Part shown: piece after piece, positions 1 to 10,294 of the stretch
How positions within the stretch are numbered: position 1 is the first letter of the stretch
Layout of the letters: each line of letters starts with the position of its first letter
NCBI GenBank assembly: GCA_017962125.1
Contig: JAGCVZ010000013.1
Coordinates: 18,509-82,508, forward strand
DNA: 64,000 nucleotides
Source: Alphaproteobacteria bacterium
Lineage (GTDB): Bacteria > Pseudomonadota > Alphaproteobacteria > Rs-D84
Reading direction: 5' to 3'
Notes under the pieces: model-generated
Told to the model about the DNA's origin: nothing
Databases searched by the model: none
Seen by the model: only the letters and a program-made list of their open reading frames with translations
Translations under genes and position numbers: made by a program

Positions 1-899
1 TTGATGGGGACGGCGGTTTTTCTGTGATTGCAGAACTTTATGATGATACGGAAATTTGTGTATACTTTAATCATGGTGATTCAAATAGACACGCAAAAAT
101 TGATGGCGATGCAGCGACACTTTCTGATTTAGCAACCCGATTACGTATTGTTTGGATAACACCACGCGAAGATAGAATCTTTATCGATGCCGCTGCCGAT
201 AGGCGGGCGTTCTTTGACCGACTTGCTGCAAGTTTTGATTCTGCGCATGCCGGACGAGTCGCACGGCACGCAAAACTGCTATCCGAAAGGGCAGGGGCAT
301 TAAAGGCGGGCGCAAACACAAAATGGATTGATGCGTTGGATGCGCAAATCGCCGCAACGGCCGTTGCAATAGCTGCTGCCCGCATTCAATACGCCGGCGA
401 AATAAATTTCTTTTTAACCGATGCCGCCGTTTCGGTTGACGGACTGGTTGAATCTATGATTATGGAATCCGGCGCGGGAACAACAGAAAGAAATTATCTG
501 GATTATTTAAAACAAAACCGCGAATTGGTAAATGACAAAATGGTTTTAGACGGAGTGAATAAATCGGACTTTGGCGTTTTTAATCGTGAATTGAATTTAC
601 CTGCAAACCTTACCAGCACTGGTCAACAAAAAACATTGTTGTTAAAAGTAATTTTGGCGCATGCAAAACTTGTTCATACAAAAACCGGTGTAAATCCCAT
701 AATCTTGCTTGATGAAGCCGTTGCGCATCTGGATAAAAATGCACGCAGAAAATTATTTAACGAACTTGGTGATGCATCGGCTCAGGTATGGGCAACTGGA
801 ATTGATGCAGATATTTTTTCTGATGTTCCAGATGCACTATTTGTTACTTGCACTGGCAATAAACTAAGTCCTATAATCAGTGAACAGGGGGAAAAGTAA
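1..899 (+). CDS. recF: DNA replication/repair protein RecF, C-terminal part (5' end outside window)
   Basis: ORF 24..899 is open to the window edge. It carries the ABC-type signature (TGQQKTLLLKVILAHAKL) and Walker B (ILLDEAVAHLD) typical of RecF. Confidence 0.75.
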   Translation, partial: DGDGGFSVIAELYDDTEICVYFNHGDSNRHAKIDGDAATLSDLATRLRIVWITPREDRIFIDAAADRRAFFDRLAASFDSAHAGRVARHAKLLSERAGALKAGANTKWIDALDAQIAATAVAIAAARIQYAGEINFFLTDAAVSVDGLVESMIMESGAGTTERNYLDYLKQNRELVNDKMVLDGVNKSDFGVFNRELNLPANLTSTGQQKTLLLKVILAHAKLVHTKTGVNPIILLDEAVAHLDKNARRKLFNELGDASAQVWATGIDADIFSDVPDALFVTCTGNKLSPIISEQGEK

Positions 900-1364
900 A
901 TGGCAAGAATTGATTATCAATCTTTGTTAGATAACGCGTTAAAATCCGTTGTGCGCGAAGCATTGATTCATGCACAGATAAACGGCCTTGGGGACGGGAT
1001 GCATTTTTTTATAACTTTTCGCACGCATGATGCGGGGGTTGTGTTGCCGGATTTCCTGCGTATACGGTATCCCGACATTATGACGATTGTGTTGCAGTAT
1101 TCGTATAATAACCTGCATGTGTCGGACAAAGAATTCGGTGTTCAGTTGACATTTGATGGACGGCCGTTCTTTATTCGCGTTCCCTTTTCGGCATTGGTTG
1201 AATTCAAAGACCCGTCTGTTGATTTTATGCTGTCTTTCCACAAAGGGCCCGAACGCAACGCACCGGATAACGATATTGAATTGCCATTAGACGGCACCGG
1301 TGACACAATTCCCGACGACGGCCGCGTTGTGTCGTTAGATGAGTTTCGGAAGAGGAAAAAGTAA
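900..1364 (+). CDS. sspB: ClpXP adaptor SspB (stringent starvation protein B family)
   Basis: 154 aa. The conserved SspB core is present (GMHFFITFRT, VVLPDFLRIRYPDIMTIVLQ, PFSALVEFKDPSV) and the C-terminal tail is basic. Confidence 0.8.
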   Translation: MARIDYQSLLDNALKSVVREALIHAQINGLGDGMHFFITFRTHDAGVVLPDFLRIRYPDIMTIVLQYSYNNLHVSDKEFGVQLTFDGRPFFIRVPFSALVEFKDPSVDFMLSFHKGPERNAPDNDIELPLDGTGDTIPDDGRVVSLDEFRKRKK

Positions 1365-1366
1365 GA

Positions 1367-1394
1367 GATAGTGGTTAGTGTAAGTGGTTAGTGT
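1367..1394 (+). repeat. Genome-specific short repeat (TAGTGGTTAGTGTAAGTGGTTAGTG) immediately after the sspB stop
   Basis: Seen in sequence. The same motif recurs at 2483-2508, 3190-3215 (reverse complement), 6848-6858, 15533-15546, 16848-16875, 35527-35584 (as a palindrome) and 60218-60229. Confidence 0.7.
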
Positions 1395-1449
1395 CACCCA
1401 TGAATGCGGTCGGTTTTATTAGATTTTCAATACTTATAAATTTTACAAC

Positions 1450-1477
1450 CTTGCGTTTAATGCGTTTTTTGGTATAA
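1450..1477 (+). promoter_or_regulatory. Extended -10 sigma70-like promoter for cassette gene 1504..2163
   Basis: TTGCGT at 1450-1455, a 16-nt spacer, then TGgTATAAT at 1469-1477. An AAAAAGGA Shine-Dalgarno lies 7 nt before the ATG. Confidence 0.5.
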
Positions 1478-1503
1478 TTGCAATCAGAAAAAAGGATTTA
1501 TCT

Positions 1504-2163
1504 ATGTACAATTTTATTGGTAAAAACGGTGACAGTTTTGAAGCTTATTGGGTAATACACGGCCATCCGCGTGGCGAAGAAGACAATACCGACAGAACAG
1601 ACCCGCCTGTATTTCGTCAATATCTATCTAAATTTCATACTCCAGAAAGCACTTTAGATTATACAACCCCCGGTGAAACATTCATAAAAAAAGAAGTACC
1701 TGGTCTTACTGGTGGTTTTGCATATACATTTGCTCGTACTGGAATATATGGGAATCAGGGCGACAGACCAGGGACTAATTATGGTGCAGTAACAGTTATT
1801 ATGGACGATATGGATGAAAAAAGCACTGAACAATTCGAAAATGATTTAAAGGAATGGTTTATCGTCAATATATTAAACAAATTTACTTATAAACACCCAG
1901 GTAAAGTTGGATGGCGCAAATGGGACATGAATGCCGATAAGTTATTCAATGGCGCTTATGACGAAAAATTAAAAAATTCTATAGAATCTGTCATAAAACC
2001 GTATTTGGAAATAACCGCTTTGAAATCTGGCAACACAAAGGATATTGATAAGTACAAAGTAGCAACTGAAAGACTGCAAGCCGAAATAGAAAGATTAGAA
2101 CAACAAAGAGACGATCTCAATCGACAGATTGCCGAAAAACGCCGAGAATTAGCAAACATGTAA
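1504..2163 (+). CDS. Hypothetical cassette protein with a coiled-coil C-terminus, inserted downstream of sspB
   Basis: 219 aa ORF with its own promoter and RBS. No family recognised. The C-terminus is heptad-like (ERLQAEIERLEQQRDDLNRQIAEKRREL). Diverged copies of the sspB 3' end bracket it. Confidence 0.6.
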   Translation: MYNFIGKNGDSFEAYWVIHGHPRGEEDNTDRTDPPVFRQYLSKFHTPESTLDYTTPGETFIKKEVPGLTGGFAYTFARTGIYGNQGDRPGTNYGAVTVIMDDMDEKSTEQFENDLKEWFIVNILNKFTYKHPGKVGWRKWDMNADKLFNGAYDEKLKNSIESVIKPYLEITALKSGNTKDIDKYKVATERLQAEIERLEQQRDDLNRQIAEKRRELANM

Positions 2164-2338
2164 ATTTTTTATGATTTAGAGTGGTTTGTTTATTTTTTAT
2201 ATTATGATAAGAGCATGTTAAAACTTTTTTAAATACGCGAAATCGTTCTGGTTTCACAATCGTCTCATTTTATACAAAAATCGTATCATTTTTTGAGACG
2301 ATTTATGCCTGCGTCATAGTACAAACCGGCGCAATGCG

Positions 2339-2440
2339 CCGGACAACGATATAGAATTACCACTGGATGGCACCGGTGACACAATTCCCGACGACGGCCG
2401 CGTTGTGTCGTTAGATGAGTTTAGGAAAAGAAAGAAATAG
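2339..2440 (+). repeat. Second, diverged copy of the sspB 3' end (last 33 codons plus stop); att-like duplication
   Basis: Aligns with 1264-1364 and encodes the identical peptide DNDIELPLDGTGDTIPDDGRVVSLDEFRKRKK. About 13 substitutions separate the copies, all synonymous, and TAA becomes TAG. A CCGGCGCAATGCGCCGG hairpin (2326-2342) abuts the left edge. Confidence 0.85.
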
Positions 2441-2604
2441 TGGGTAGTCCGTCACGACCGCGGCGCGGTGTGCCGCGACGGGTGTTAGTGGCTAGTGTAA
2501 GTGGTTAGTGCCGCCCGCATTTGCGGGCGGTTTTTATAGTTTTTTAACTGCTTGTATTTAATACATATTTTGATATAATTCTGGAAAAGACAACGGAGAC
2601 AAAG

Positions 2605-3123
2605 ATGAAAGATGGTGAGGCTGGTGTTGTAGTATTTGGTGTTCCGTGCGGATTTGACACATCCAACTGTCCACCAGAGATACGAGATTTTTTACAGGGG
2701 TTTTATGTGCCGCATACTACGGGGACAGAGATACAAGTTATTCGCAGGAATGACAATAGTATGCATTATGTTTTCTTGGTATACGAAACAAATTCAGACG
2801 TGGGTTTTGTTGATGCAAATGGTCGTAGTGGTTCTTTTTTCGGGATAGACGTTATGTTTAAAAATCGATACCTGCCGAACACAGAAAAGTTAAAGAAATT
2901 ATTTGATTTAACCTATGAACGTTACGTAAAAGACCAAATCATACAAGAATCACCTAATGGGCTAAGGAAACATATGTTTTCGCGGTTTTGGTTTGAAGAC
3001 AATAGAATAGCAAACCATGTATCAAATGGTATGAACAAGTTGGTAAAAGAACATCCTGAATTGAATATTTTCCAAGACGTTCGACCATTACCACCATTAC
3101 AAAATAACAGACAACGGGTTTAA
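2605..3123 (+). CDS. Hypothetical cassette protein
   Basis: 172 aa ORF. TTGTAT-N16-TGaTATAAT promoter at 2552-2580. No family recognised. Confidence 0.55.
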   Translation: MKDGEAGVVVFGVPCGFDTSNCPPEIRDFLQGFYVPHTTGTEIQVIRRNDNSMHYVFLVYETNSDVGFVDANGRSGSFFGIDVMFKNRYLPNTEKLKKLFDLTYERYVKDQIIQESPNGLRKHMFSRFWFEDNRIANHVSNGMNKLVKEHPELNIFQDVRPLPPLQNNRQRV

Positions 3124-3217
3124 AAATCCCAAAACGATGATATCGCCTTTCTTTATTTGAATTAACGAATAAAACCGGCGCAGTGCGCCGGTTTCACTAA
3201 TCACTAACACTTACCAC

Positions 3218-4576
3218 TTATTTCTTTTTATGTTCTTTTTTTAGATATTCTTCCAACCAATGGTTATCAAAATTCAATGTTCTAACATCGCGGTTGTTCA
3301 GAAGTTTCTTTTGCAACGGGATTGTTGTTTTTACGCCTTCGATAACAAATTCGTCCAGTGCACGTTCCGCACGCATAATACATGCAGACCGCGTTTGCGC
3401 ATGCACGATAAGTTTTGCAATCATTGAATCGTATGTTGGTGGAATTGTGTATCCAGTGTAAACCGCACTGTCCACACGCACGCCAAGTCCGCCCGACGGT
3501 GCGTAAAGTGTGATTTTACCGGGGCAGGGCACAAAAGTTTCCGGGTCTTCGGCATTGATGCGAAATTCAATCGCGTGACCATGCGGAATCACGTTCGCCT
3601 GGGTATAGCCAAGTTTTTCGCCCGCCGCAACACGGATTTGTTCGCGCACCAAATCAACACCATAAACCATTTCTGTTACTGGGTGTTCAACCTGTAAGCG
3701 AGTGTTCATTTCCAAGAAATAGAATTTGCCGTCTTCGTACATAAATTCAAATGTTCCGGCGTTGGTATAGCCCATTTTCTTTGCCGCCGTTTTGCAGATT
3801 TCAATCATATCGTCGCGCTGTTTCTGTGTAAGCGCAGCGGCGGGGCATTCCTCCATAACTTTCTGATTCTTGCGTTGCAACGAACAATCGCGTTCGCCAA
3901 ATATAACAACATTGCCGTGTTTGTCGCCCAAGACCTGAAATTCAATATGCCGCGGGTGCAATAATAATTTTTCCATATAAAGCGTGTCATCGCCGAAACC
4001 ACTGCGTGCCTCGTTCTTGGTAATTTCGAACGCCTCACCCATTTCATCCGCAGACATAACAGGGCGCATTCCGCGACCACCACCACCAGCCGCTGCCTTT
4101 AACATAACCGGATATCCGATTTTTTTTGCCCATTTTAGTGCGTCTTCGACCGTATCGACCGCACCATCAGACCCCGGAACAACCGGCAATCCGCATTCAA
4201 TCGCGGTTTTCTTGGCATTTACTTTGTCACCCATTTTATTTATCATCGCCGCGTCCGGCCCAATCCAGATTAAACCATGTTGTTCAACCTTTTGCACAAA
4301 GTCCGCGCGTTCAGACAAAAAACCGTATCCTGGGTGAATCGCATCTGCATTAGTAAGCAACGCCGCCGTCAATATCGCGGATTCGTTAAGGTAAGATTCC
4401 TTGGACACCCCAGGGCCAATACACACAGACTCGTCCGCCAGTTGCACATGCATTGCATCGCGGTCCACGGTAGAATACACCGCAACCGTTCGAATACCCA
4501 TATCGCGGCACGCGCGAATTATTCGCAACGCAATTTCGCCACGATTGGCAATTAAAACTTTCTTTATCTTTGGCAT
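3218..4576 (-). CDS. accC: Acetyl-CoA carboxylase biotin carboxylase subunit
   Basis: 452 aa. ATP-grasp biotin carboxylase hallmarks (KVLIANRGEIA, GGGGRGMR, EMNTRLQVEHPVTE). Confidence 0.95.
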   Translation of the reverse strand: MPKIKKVLIANRGEIALRIIRACRDMGIRTVAVYSTVDRDAMHVQLADESVCIGPGVSKESYLNESAILTAALLTNADAIHPGYGFLSERADFVQKVEQHGLIWIGPDAAMINKMGDKVNAKKTAIECGLPVVPGSDGAVDTVEDALKWAKKIGYPVMLKAAAGGGGRGMRPVMSADEMGEAFEITKNEARSGFGDDTLYMEKLLLHPRHIEFQVLGDKHGNVVIFGERDCSLQRKNQKVMEECPAAALTQKQRDDMIEICKTAAKKMGYTNAGTFEFMYEDGKFYFLEMNTRLQVEHPVTEMVYGVDLVREQIRVAAGEKLGYTQANVIPHGHAIEFRINAEDPETFVPCPGKITLYAPSGGLGVRVDSAVYTGYTIPPTYDSMIAKLIVHAQTRSACIMRAERALDEFVIEGVKTTIPLQKKLLNNRDVRTLNFDNHWLEEYLKKEHKKK

Positions 4577-4584
4577 AGTTTTTC

Positions 4585-5025
4585 TTATTCAATAATTATC
4601 AATGGTTGGTCAAATTCAACGGCCTGGCCGTCAGTAACCAAAATTTCTTTGACAACGCCGTCCTTGTCTGACTTTATTGGGTTAAAGGTCTTCATCGCCT
4701 CTACTAAAATCACGGTATCACCGGCCTTTATTGATGCGCCAACCTTAGTAAACGGCTTGGCCCCCGGTTCCGGTGCAAGGTAAGCAACACCAACCATTGG
4801 CGATTTCAACGCATAGCCCGATGTAGTTGTATTAGCAGGTTCACTGTTTGTGTGTTTTGCATTCTCGGACACAGGCAATGTTGGCATTGTAATACCAGAT
4901 TGCTTTGAAAGATGAATGTGTTTGCGGTACACGCCAAACAAAAACTGGCGTTCCAAATCAAGTTCGGTAATTCCCATATCATCCATAATTTTTGACATGG
5001 ATTCCACGGTTGAACGAAATGACAT
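4585..5025 (-). CDS. accB: Biotin carboxyl carrier protein
   Basis: 146 aa. Biotinyl domain with an EAMKT motif and a C-terminal lipoyl-like fold. Adjacent to accC. Confidence 0.9.
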   Translation of the reverse strand: MSFRSTVESMSKIMDDMGITELDLERQFLFGVYRKHIHLSKQSGITMPTLPVSENAKHTNSEPANTTTSGYALKSPMVGVAYLAPEPGAKPFTKVGASIKAGDTVILVEAMKTFNPIKSDKDGVVKEILVTDGQAVEFDQPLIIIE

Positions 5026-5089
5026 TTTTTAATCCTTTTGTATAAATTCTTTTATGTTATCAGAATTCTAATCTTAAAACCCTTCATTG

Positions 5090-5350
5090 TCAAGGTACGG
5101 GGTCAAAACCAAAACCACCACCCGGGCGACAACGCAGAATTCTGCGCATTCCCATAACAGTTCCACGCACGAGTCCATATCGTAAAATTGCCGTTTTTGT
5201 GTATTCGCTGCATGTCGGTGTAAAGCGACAAACCGCCCGCCCCCCAAAAACCGGTGATATAAAATGTTGGTAAAACCAGATTAACCCAAGCCCGACATAA
5301 GCCGGAATTTTACGAATCTTTTGCATTTTTGTTTGCTTTCTTTGGCTCAT
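5090..5350 (-). CDS. yidD: Membrane protein insertion efficiency factor YidD
   Basis: 86 aa with the conserved CRFxPTCSxY motif. Confidence 0.85.
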   Translation of the reverse strand: MSQRKQTKMQKIRKIPAYVGLGLIWFYQHFISPVFGGRAVCRFTPTCSEYTKTAILRYGLVRGTVMGMRRILRCRPGGGFGFDPVP

Positions 5351-5678
5351 ATTTACGCATAATGTGTGTTAGTGCCTTTTCCATCGCAATCCGTCCCGCC
5401 GGCCGAGTTGCGTTCAAAATCATATGGCGTGCAATGAAAATATAATCAAATTCCGGACACATAAGCCTTTCATGATACCGAACCCAATCACGCAACAAGC
5501 GCTTTGCCCGATTGCGTTCCACCGCAAGTTTAAATGTATGCTTGGTCGCCATAAACCCGATACGCGGATTGGTTGGAAAGCGCGCCGGCTTTGCCCGGAC
5601 GAAAAAGAACAATGCCTTGGCCGATGGATCATCATCGGTTGTATGAAAGTCGGCATGTGATTTTATTGTATCGCGCAT
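5310..5678 (-). CDS. rnpA: RNase P protein component
   Basis: 122 aa, basic, with the RNR-like motif (AVERNRAKRLLRD). Overlaps yidD as is typical. The start codon is uncertain. Confidence 0.8.
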   Translation of the reverse strand: MRDTIKSHADFHTTDDDPSAKALFFFVRAKPARFPTNPRIGFMATKHTFKLAVERNRAKRLLRDWVRYHERLMCPEFDYIFIARHMILNATRPAGRIAMEKALTHIMRKYEPKKANKNAKDS

Positions 5679-5702
5679 GTGTCTAATAATAGCAAAATAT
5701 AA

Positions 5703-6848
<1,146 letters not shown>

Positions 6849-6864
6849 TAGTTAGTGTTTATCA

Positions 6865-6890
6865 AAATGGCGCAATGCGCCATTTTTTTA
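6865..6890 (+). terminator. Rho-independent terminator hairpin (ATGGCGCAATGCGCCAT plus a T-run) after mreB
   Basis: Perfect GC-rich stem followed by TTTTTTT. Belongs to the GGCGCAATGCGCC hairpin family seen at 2326, 3175 and 50975. Confidence 0.7.
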
Positions 6891-6972
6891 TATTTGCTTT
6901 ATACATTTCGGAATATAATAACCACTAAAATCCTTGCAATCGGGATTTTCTTTGTTATAATCTGCTTACTTT

Positions 6973-7049
6973 GGGTGGTTAGCTCAGTTGGTTAGAGCGT
7001 TACGTTGACATCGTAAAGGTCGTTGGTTCGAGTCCAATACCACCCACCA
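6973..7049 (+). tRNA. tRNA-Val (anticodon GAC)
   Basis: Cloverleaf folds by eye with GGGTGGT/ACCACCC acceptor, anticodon loop TTGACAT and CCA encoded. A TTGCAA-N16-TATAAT promoter lies at 6934-6962. Confidence 0.85.
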
Positions 7050-7172
7050 TGGATTTTTATTATCCAGAGAGTAAAAAATGAAACGAATGCAAATATAATT
7101 TTAGAAAAAACATAAACGGGATTCGGATAGACGCCCCGTTTGGCGTCATTTTTTATAAAAAGGAAAATAACA

Positions 7173-8819
7173 ATGGGCAAAAAATATCTTATTACTTCGG
7201 CATTACCATATATAAATGGTGAATTACATATTGGTCATTTGGTTGGTTGTTGGTTACCATCTGATGTATACGCACGGTTTTGTCGCGCAATAGGGCGTGA
7301 TGTTTTGTATATTGGTGGTGCGGATGAACATGGAACACCGGCACTTGTTGGTGCCATGAAGGAAAAAATGCCCGTTTTAGAATATACTAACAAATATTAT
7401 GAAAAACATTTGCGTGCAGTATCTGATTTTAATTTATCATTTGATTTATATGGACGGACACATACAGAATTACAAGAAAAATTAATTCATGATTTATTCA
7501 CACGTCTTGACGAACAGGGCTTAATTGAAGAACGCGAAACAGTGCAGCCTTTTTCTGTGGATGATGATATGTTTTTGGCAGACAGACAACTTGAAGGAAC
7601 TTGTCCAAAATGTGGTTATGAAAAAGCACGTGGCGACCAATGTGATAATTGCAGCGCAACATATGAAGCATCCGAATTACTAAATCCACGTTCTGTAATT
7701 TCAGGATCAACAAATATTGAAATGCGTAAAACAAAAAATTTATTTTTCCTTGCTTCTAAGATAGAAGATGTTTGGCGTAAATGGTTGCCACAACATGCAC
7801 CCAAATGGTCCAAAACGGCGTCTTCTATTGCAATGGGCTGGGCAAACGAAGGATTGCGCGATACAAGTATTACGCGCGATTTGAAATGGGGGATTCCGGT
7901 AAATAAGCCGGGATATGAAAACAAAGTTTTCTATGTGTGGTTTGATGCGCCGTGGGGCTATGTTTCAATTTCGCAAGCTGCGAGAAAAGATTGGGATTCT
8001 TGGTGGAAAAATCCAGATTGTTTTTATGCGCAATTTATGGGCAAAGATAATGTAAAATTTCATTCTGTGTTTTTTCCTGAACAACAATTGGCGATGAACG
8101 ATAATTGGAAAACAGTAGATTTATTAAAAGCCGTTAACTTTCTAAACGCTGGAGGAAGTAAAGTTGCAAAGTCAAGTGGAAACGGAATTTTCTTAGATAA
8201 AGCCCTAGATATCGCACCAAGTGATTGCTGGCGTTATGCCTTATTAGCATCTGAACCGGAAAGTGACGATACGGACTTTACAATGACGCGGTTTGCGGAA
8301 ATTGTGAACAAAGATTTGAACGGGTTGCTGGGGAACTTTGTATCACGCGTATGCAAACTGTCACAGAAAAATTTTGGTGACACTGTGCCGGCGGCGGGTT
8401 TGGCGGATAATGAATTGGCGGACAAAGTCAACGCAAAGATTGCCGAACTAACCGATGCACTCGATGCGTGCGAATTTAGGAAGTCTATTGTTGCGCTGCG
8501 TGATATTTACGGAATTGCAAATGAATATATGACTGCAAAAGAACCTTGGGCACTTGTTAAAAACGGCGATATGGCGGGTGCAGCGGCGGTTTTGTATGAG
8601 TGTTTTCAACTTATTGATTTGTTTGCGCGCATATCGGCACCAATTATTCCGGACACGGCGGAAAAAATTCAAAATATATTTGCCGGCAAGCACGATTTGT
8701 CTTGGCCGACAAAGTATGAACATCGTATCGACACGGGCGAAAAATTTACTGTGCCGGAAAATTTATTTAGTCGGATTGAGTTAGAAACAAACACAAACGG
8801 CGCATTAACTGGGGTTTGA
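7173..8819 (+). CDS. metG: Methionyl-tRNA synthetase
   Basis: Class I HIGH motif (HIGHLVG), CxxC zinc knuckles and the MetRS anticodon-binding region. ATG at 7173 follows AAAGGA. The ORF track uses an upstream TTG at 7140. Confidence 0.9.
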   Translation: MGKKYLITSALPYINGELHIGHLVGCWLPSDVYARFCRAIGRDVLYIGGADEHGTPALVGAMKEKMPVLEYTNKYYEKHLRAVSDFNLSFDLYGRTHTELQEKLIHDLFTRLDEQGLIEERETVQPFSVDDDMFLADRQLEGTCPKCGYEKARGDQCDNCSATYEASELLNPRSVISGSTNIEMRKTKNLFFLASKIEDVWRKWLPQHAPKWSKTASSIAMGWANEGLRDTSITRDLKWGIPVNKPGYENKVFYVWFDAPWGYVSISQAARKDWDSWWKNPDCFYAQFMGKDNVKFHSVFFPEQQLAMNDNWKTVDLLKAVNFLNAGGSKVAKSSGNGIFLDKALDIAPSDCWRYALLASEPESDDTDFTMTRFAEIVNKDLNGLLGNFVSRVCKLSQKNFGDTVPAAGLADNELADKVNAKIAELTDALDACEFRKSIVALRDIYGIANEYMTAKEPWALVKNGDMAGAAAVLYECFQLIDLFARISAPIIPDTAEKIQNIFAGKHDLSWPTKYEHRIDTGEKFTVPENLFSRIELETNTNGALTGV

Positions 8820-8921
8820 ATGAGAAATTTGTTGCAACGGAAAATTTGTTTAGTAAAATTCAACTATAGGACTGGTACAGCCTGGGGGGAATGTGGTTTT
8901 ATAGCACGAAGGGTGTAGACT

Positions 8922-9248
8922 ATGTCGCAAAATTTTAAGAGCTCAGAATATACAGTTATATCCAATACAGATGTTCCAAACAAAAAACGTGTTGCGGTGT
9001 TTAATAATTCTGAAAAAAAAGAACTGATGGATTATATAATAGGTGAAATTTACCTTAGCGATATGTACAGTATTGATACACTTCCAATAACATTGGTAAA
9101 AGAAACAACAATAAAAAATTTTCATACACGTATCGGCGGATTCGTAAATCAGCACCAAACAAGAACTAAGAAAATAAACATTTATTTTTACAACAATGCA
9201 GTTTGTGAATTTATAAACGGTTCATCAACAAAATTAAAGACTCGTTAA
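8922..9248 (+). CDS. Hypothetical protein
   Basis: 108 aa ORF at the head of the paralog array. No recognisable domain. Confidence 0.4.
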   Translation: MSQNFKSSEYTVISNTDVPNKKRVAVFNNSEKKELMDYIIGEIYLSDMYSIDTLPITLVKETTIKNFHTRIGGFVNQHQTRTKKINIYFYNNAVCEFINGSSTKLKTR

Positions 9249-9267
9249 TACCAAAGGAGTTAACAGA

Positions 9268-9825
9268 ATGAAACTTAAAAGTGTTGTTCAGTTTTATATG
9301 GATGATTATTTGGGTCGACAACAAATCACAGGGATTGACGATATCAAAAAAGTTATTGCAGAAAATTTAGAACAAAATGGTGTAATACCTTATAAAGTAG
9401 AGATTATAAGGAAGGTCTGTATTATTGATTTAGATAAATCAATCAGTGATGTAGGGGCACCATATGTATGGTCACCATATAGACCGGTAGAGTCCATTGA
9501 CGAACATCCAGTGGAGGTGTCACTGTTTGGAGGACGGTTTAATTTTATATGTCCTTGCATCATGTATCAAAAAGATATGATAAAATATTTAATGGAAACA
9601 CATTTGTTACAATCAACACCAAATTTTAAACCAATAACCCCAGACCAGCAGAATCTACCCATTTGTTTTGATATTGGTGCTACATATACTATATGGAGTT
9701 TTTTAGATAAAAATACAAATGTGATTCTTGATAAAAACCTGAATCAAATTTGGCCGACAAAAACAAATAAACCACCAGTTGGTCTGGTCGAATTAATGAA
9801 TAAAACAACCGAAAAGGTGTATTAA
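9268..9825 (+). CDS. Paralog family member 1 (conserved C-terminal NLNQIWPTKTNKPPVGLVELMNKTTEKVY)
   Basis: 185 aa with an AAGGAG RBS. Shares a core motif (IYPxDVxxYL...NFKP) and the C-terminal box with the next three ORFs. Confidence 0.6.
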   Translation: MKLKSVVQFYMDDYLGRQQITGIDDIKKVIAENLEQNGVIPYKVEIIRKVCIIDLDKSISDVGAPYVWSPYRPVESIDEHPVEVSLFGGRFNFICPCIMYQKDMIKYLMETHLLQSTPNFKPITPDQQNLPICFDIGATYTIWSFLDKNTNVILDKNLNQIWPTKTNKPPVGLVELMNKTTEKVY

Positions 9826-9826
9826 A

Positions 9827-10294
9827 ATGGAAACAACTAAAATTTATCTGTATCACACGGGACCGTGCACACAGTGCCACAATGGTCCATTTAAACAAAT
9901 TTCTTCGTTTGACGATTTGTTAAAATATACGCGCGGATATCCTTTGCATATGAATATACCGTATACACTTCGGCTGAAACGTATGGTGGACACAAAGGTC
10001 ACGGACGAATACACTATTTTGGTTGGTGATAGATTGATTTATCCAAATGACGTTGCAACATTTTTAAATGACCAATACAGAAAAACATTTAACTTTGATG
10101 CAAACAGTGCGGAAAACAAGCCTGTTATGTTGGACGGTGTTCCGGGACATTGTTTTGTCCGTTGGCATTATTTGACCGATAGTGATGTTTTTATAGAAAG
10201 GGAAACATTGAATCAGATATGGCCGGTTAAAACAGGTAAACCGCCGGTCAGTTTGGTTGAATTGCTGAACAAAAAAACAGAAAAGGTATATTAA
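9827..10294 (+). CDS. Paralog family member 2
   Basis: 155 aa. The C-terminus (LNQIWPVKTGKPPVSLVELLNKKTEKVY) is near-identical to member 1. The start abuts the previous stop. Confidence 0.6.
   Translation: METTKIYLYHTGPCTQCHNGPFKQISSFDDLLKYTRGYPLHMNIPYTLRLKRMVDTKVTDEYTILVGDRLIYPNDVATFLNDQYRKTFNFDANSAENKPVMLDGVPGHCFVRWHYLTDSDVFIERETLNQIWPVKTGKPPVSLVELLNKKTEKVY

Noticed and set aside
71-4595. Numerous 60-120 aa antisense or out-of-frame ORFs inside recF, sspB, accC and accB (e.g. 71..385, 939..1241, 3805..4086, 3984..4337, 4126..4353)
   Set aside because: They are fully embedded in well-supported longer genes, lack SD sequences and have arginine/cysteine-rich composition typical of spurious GC-frame ORFs. 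The same reasoning was applied to similar shadow ORFs throughout the window.
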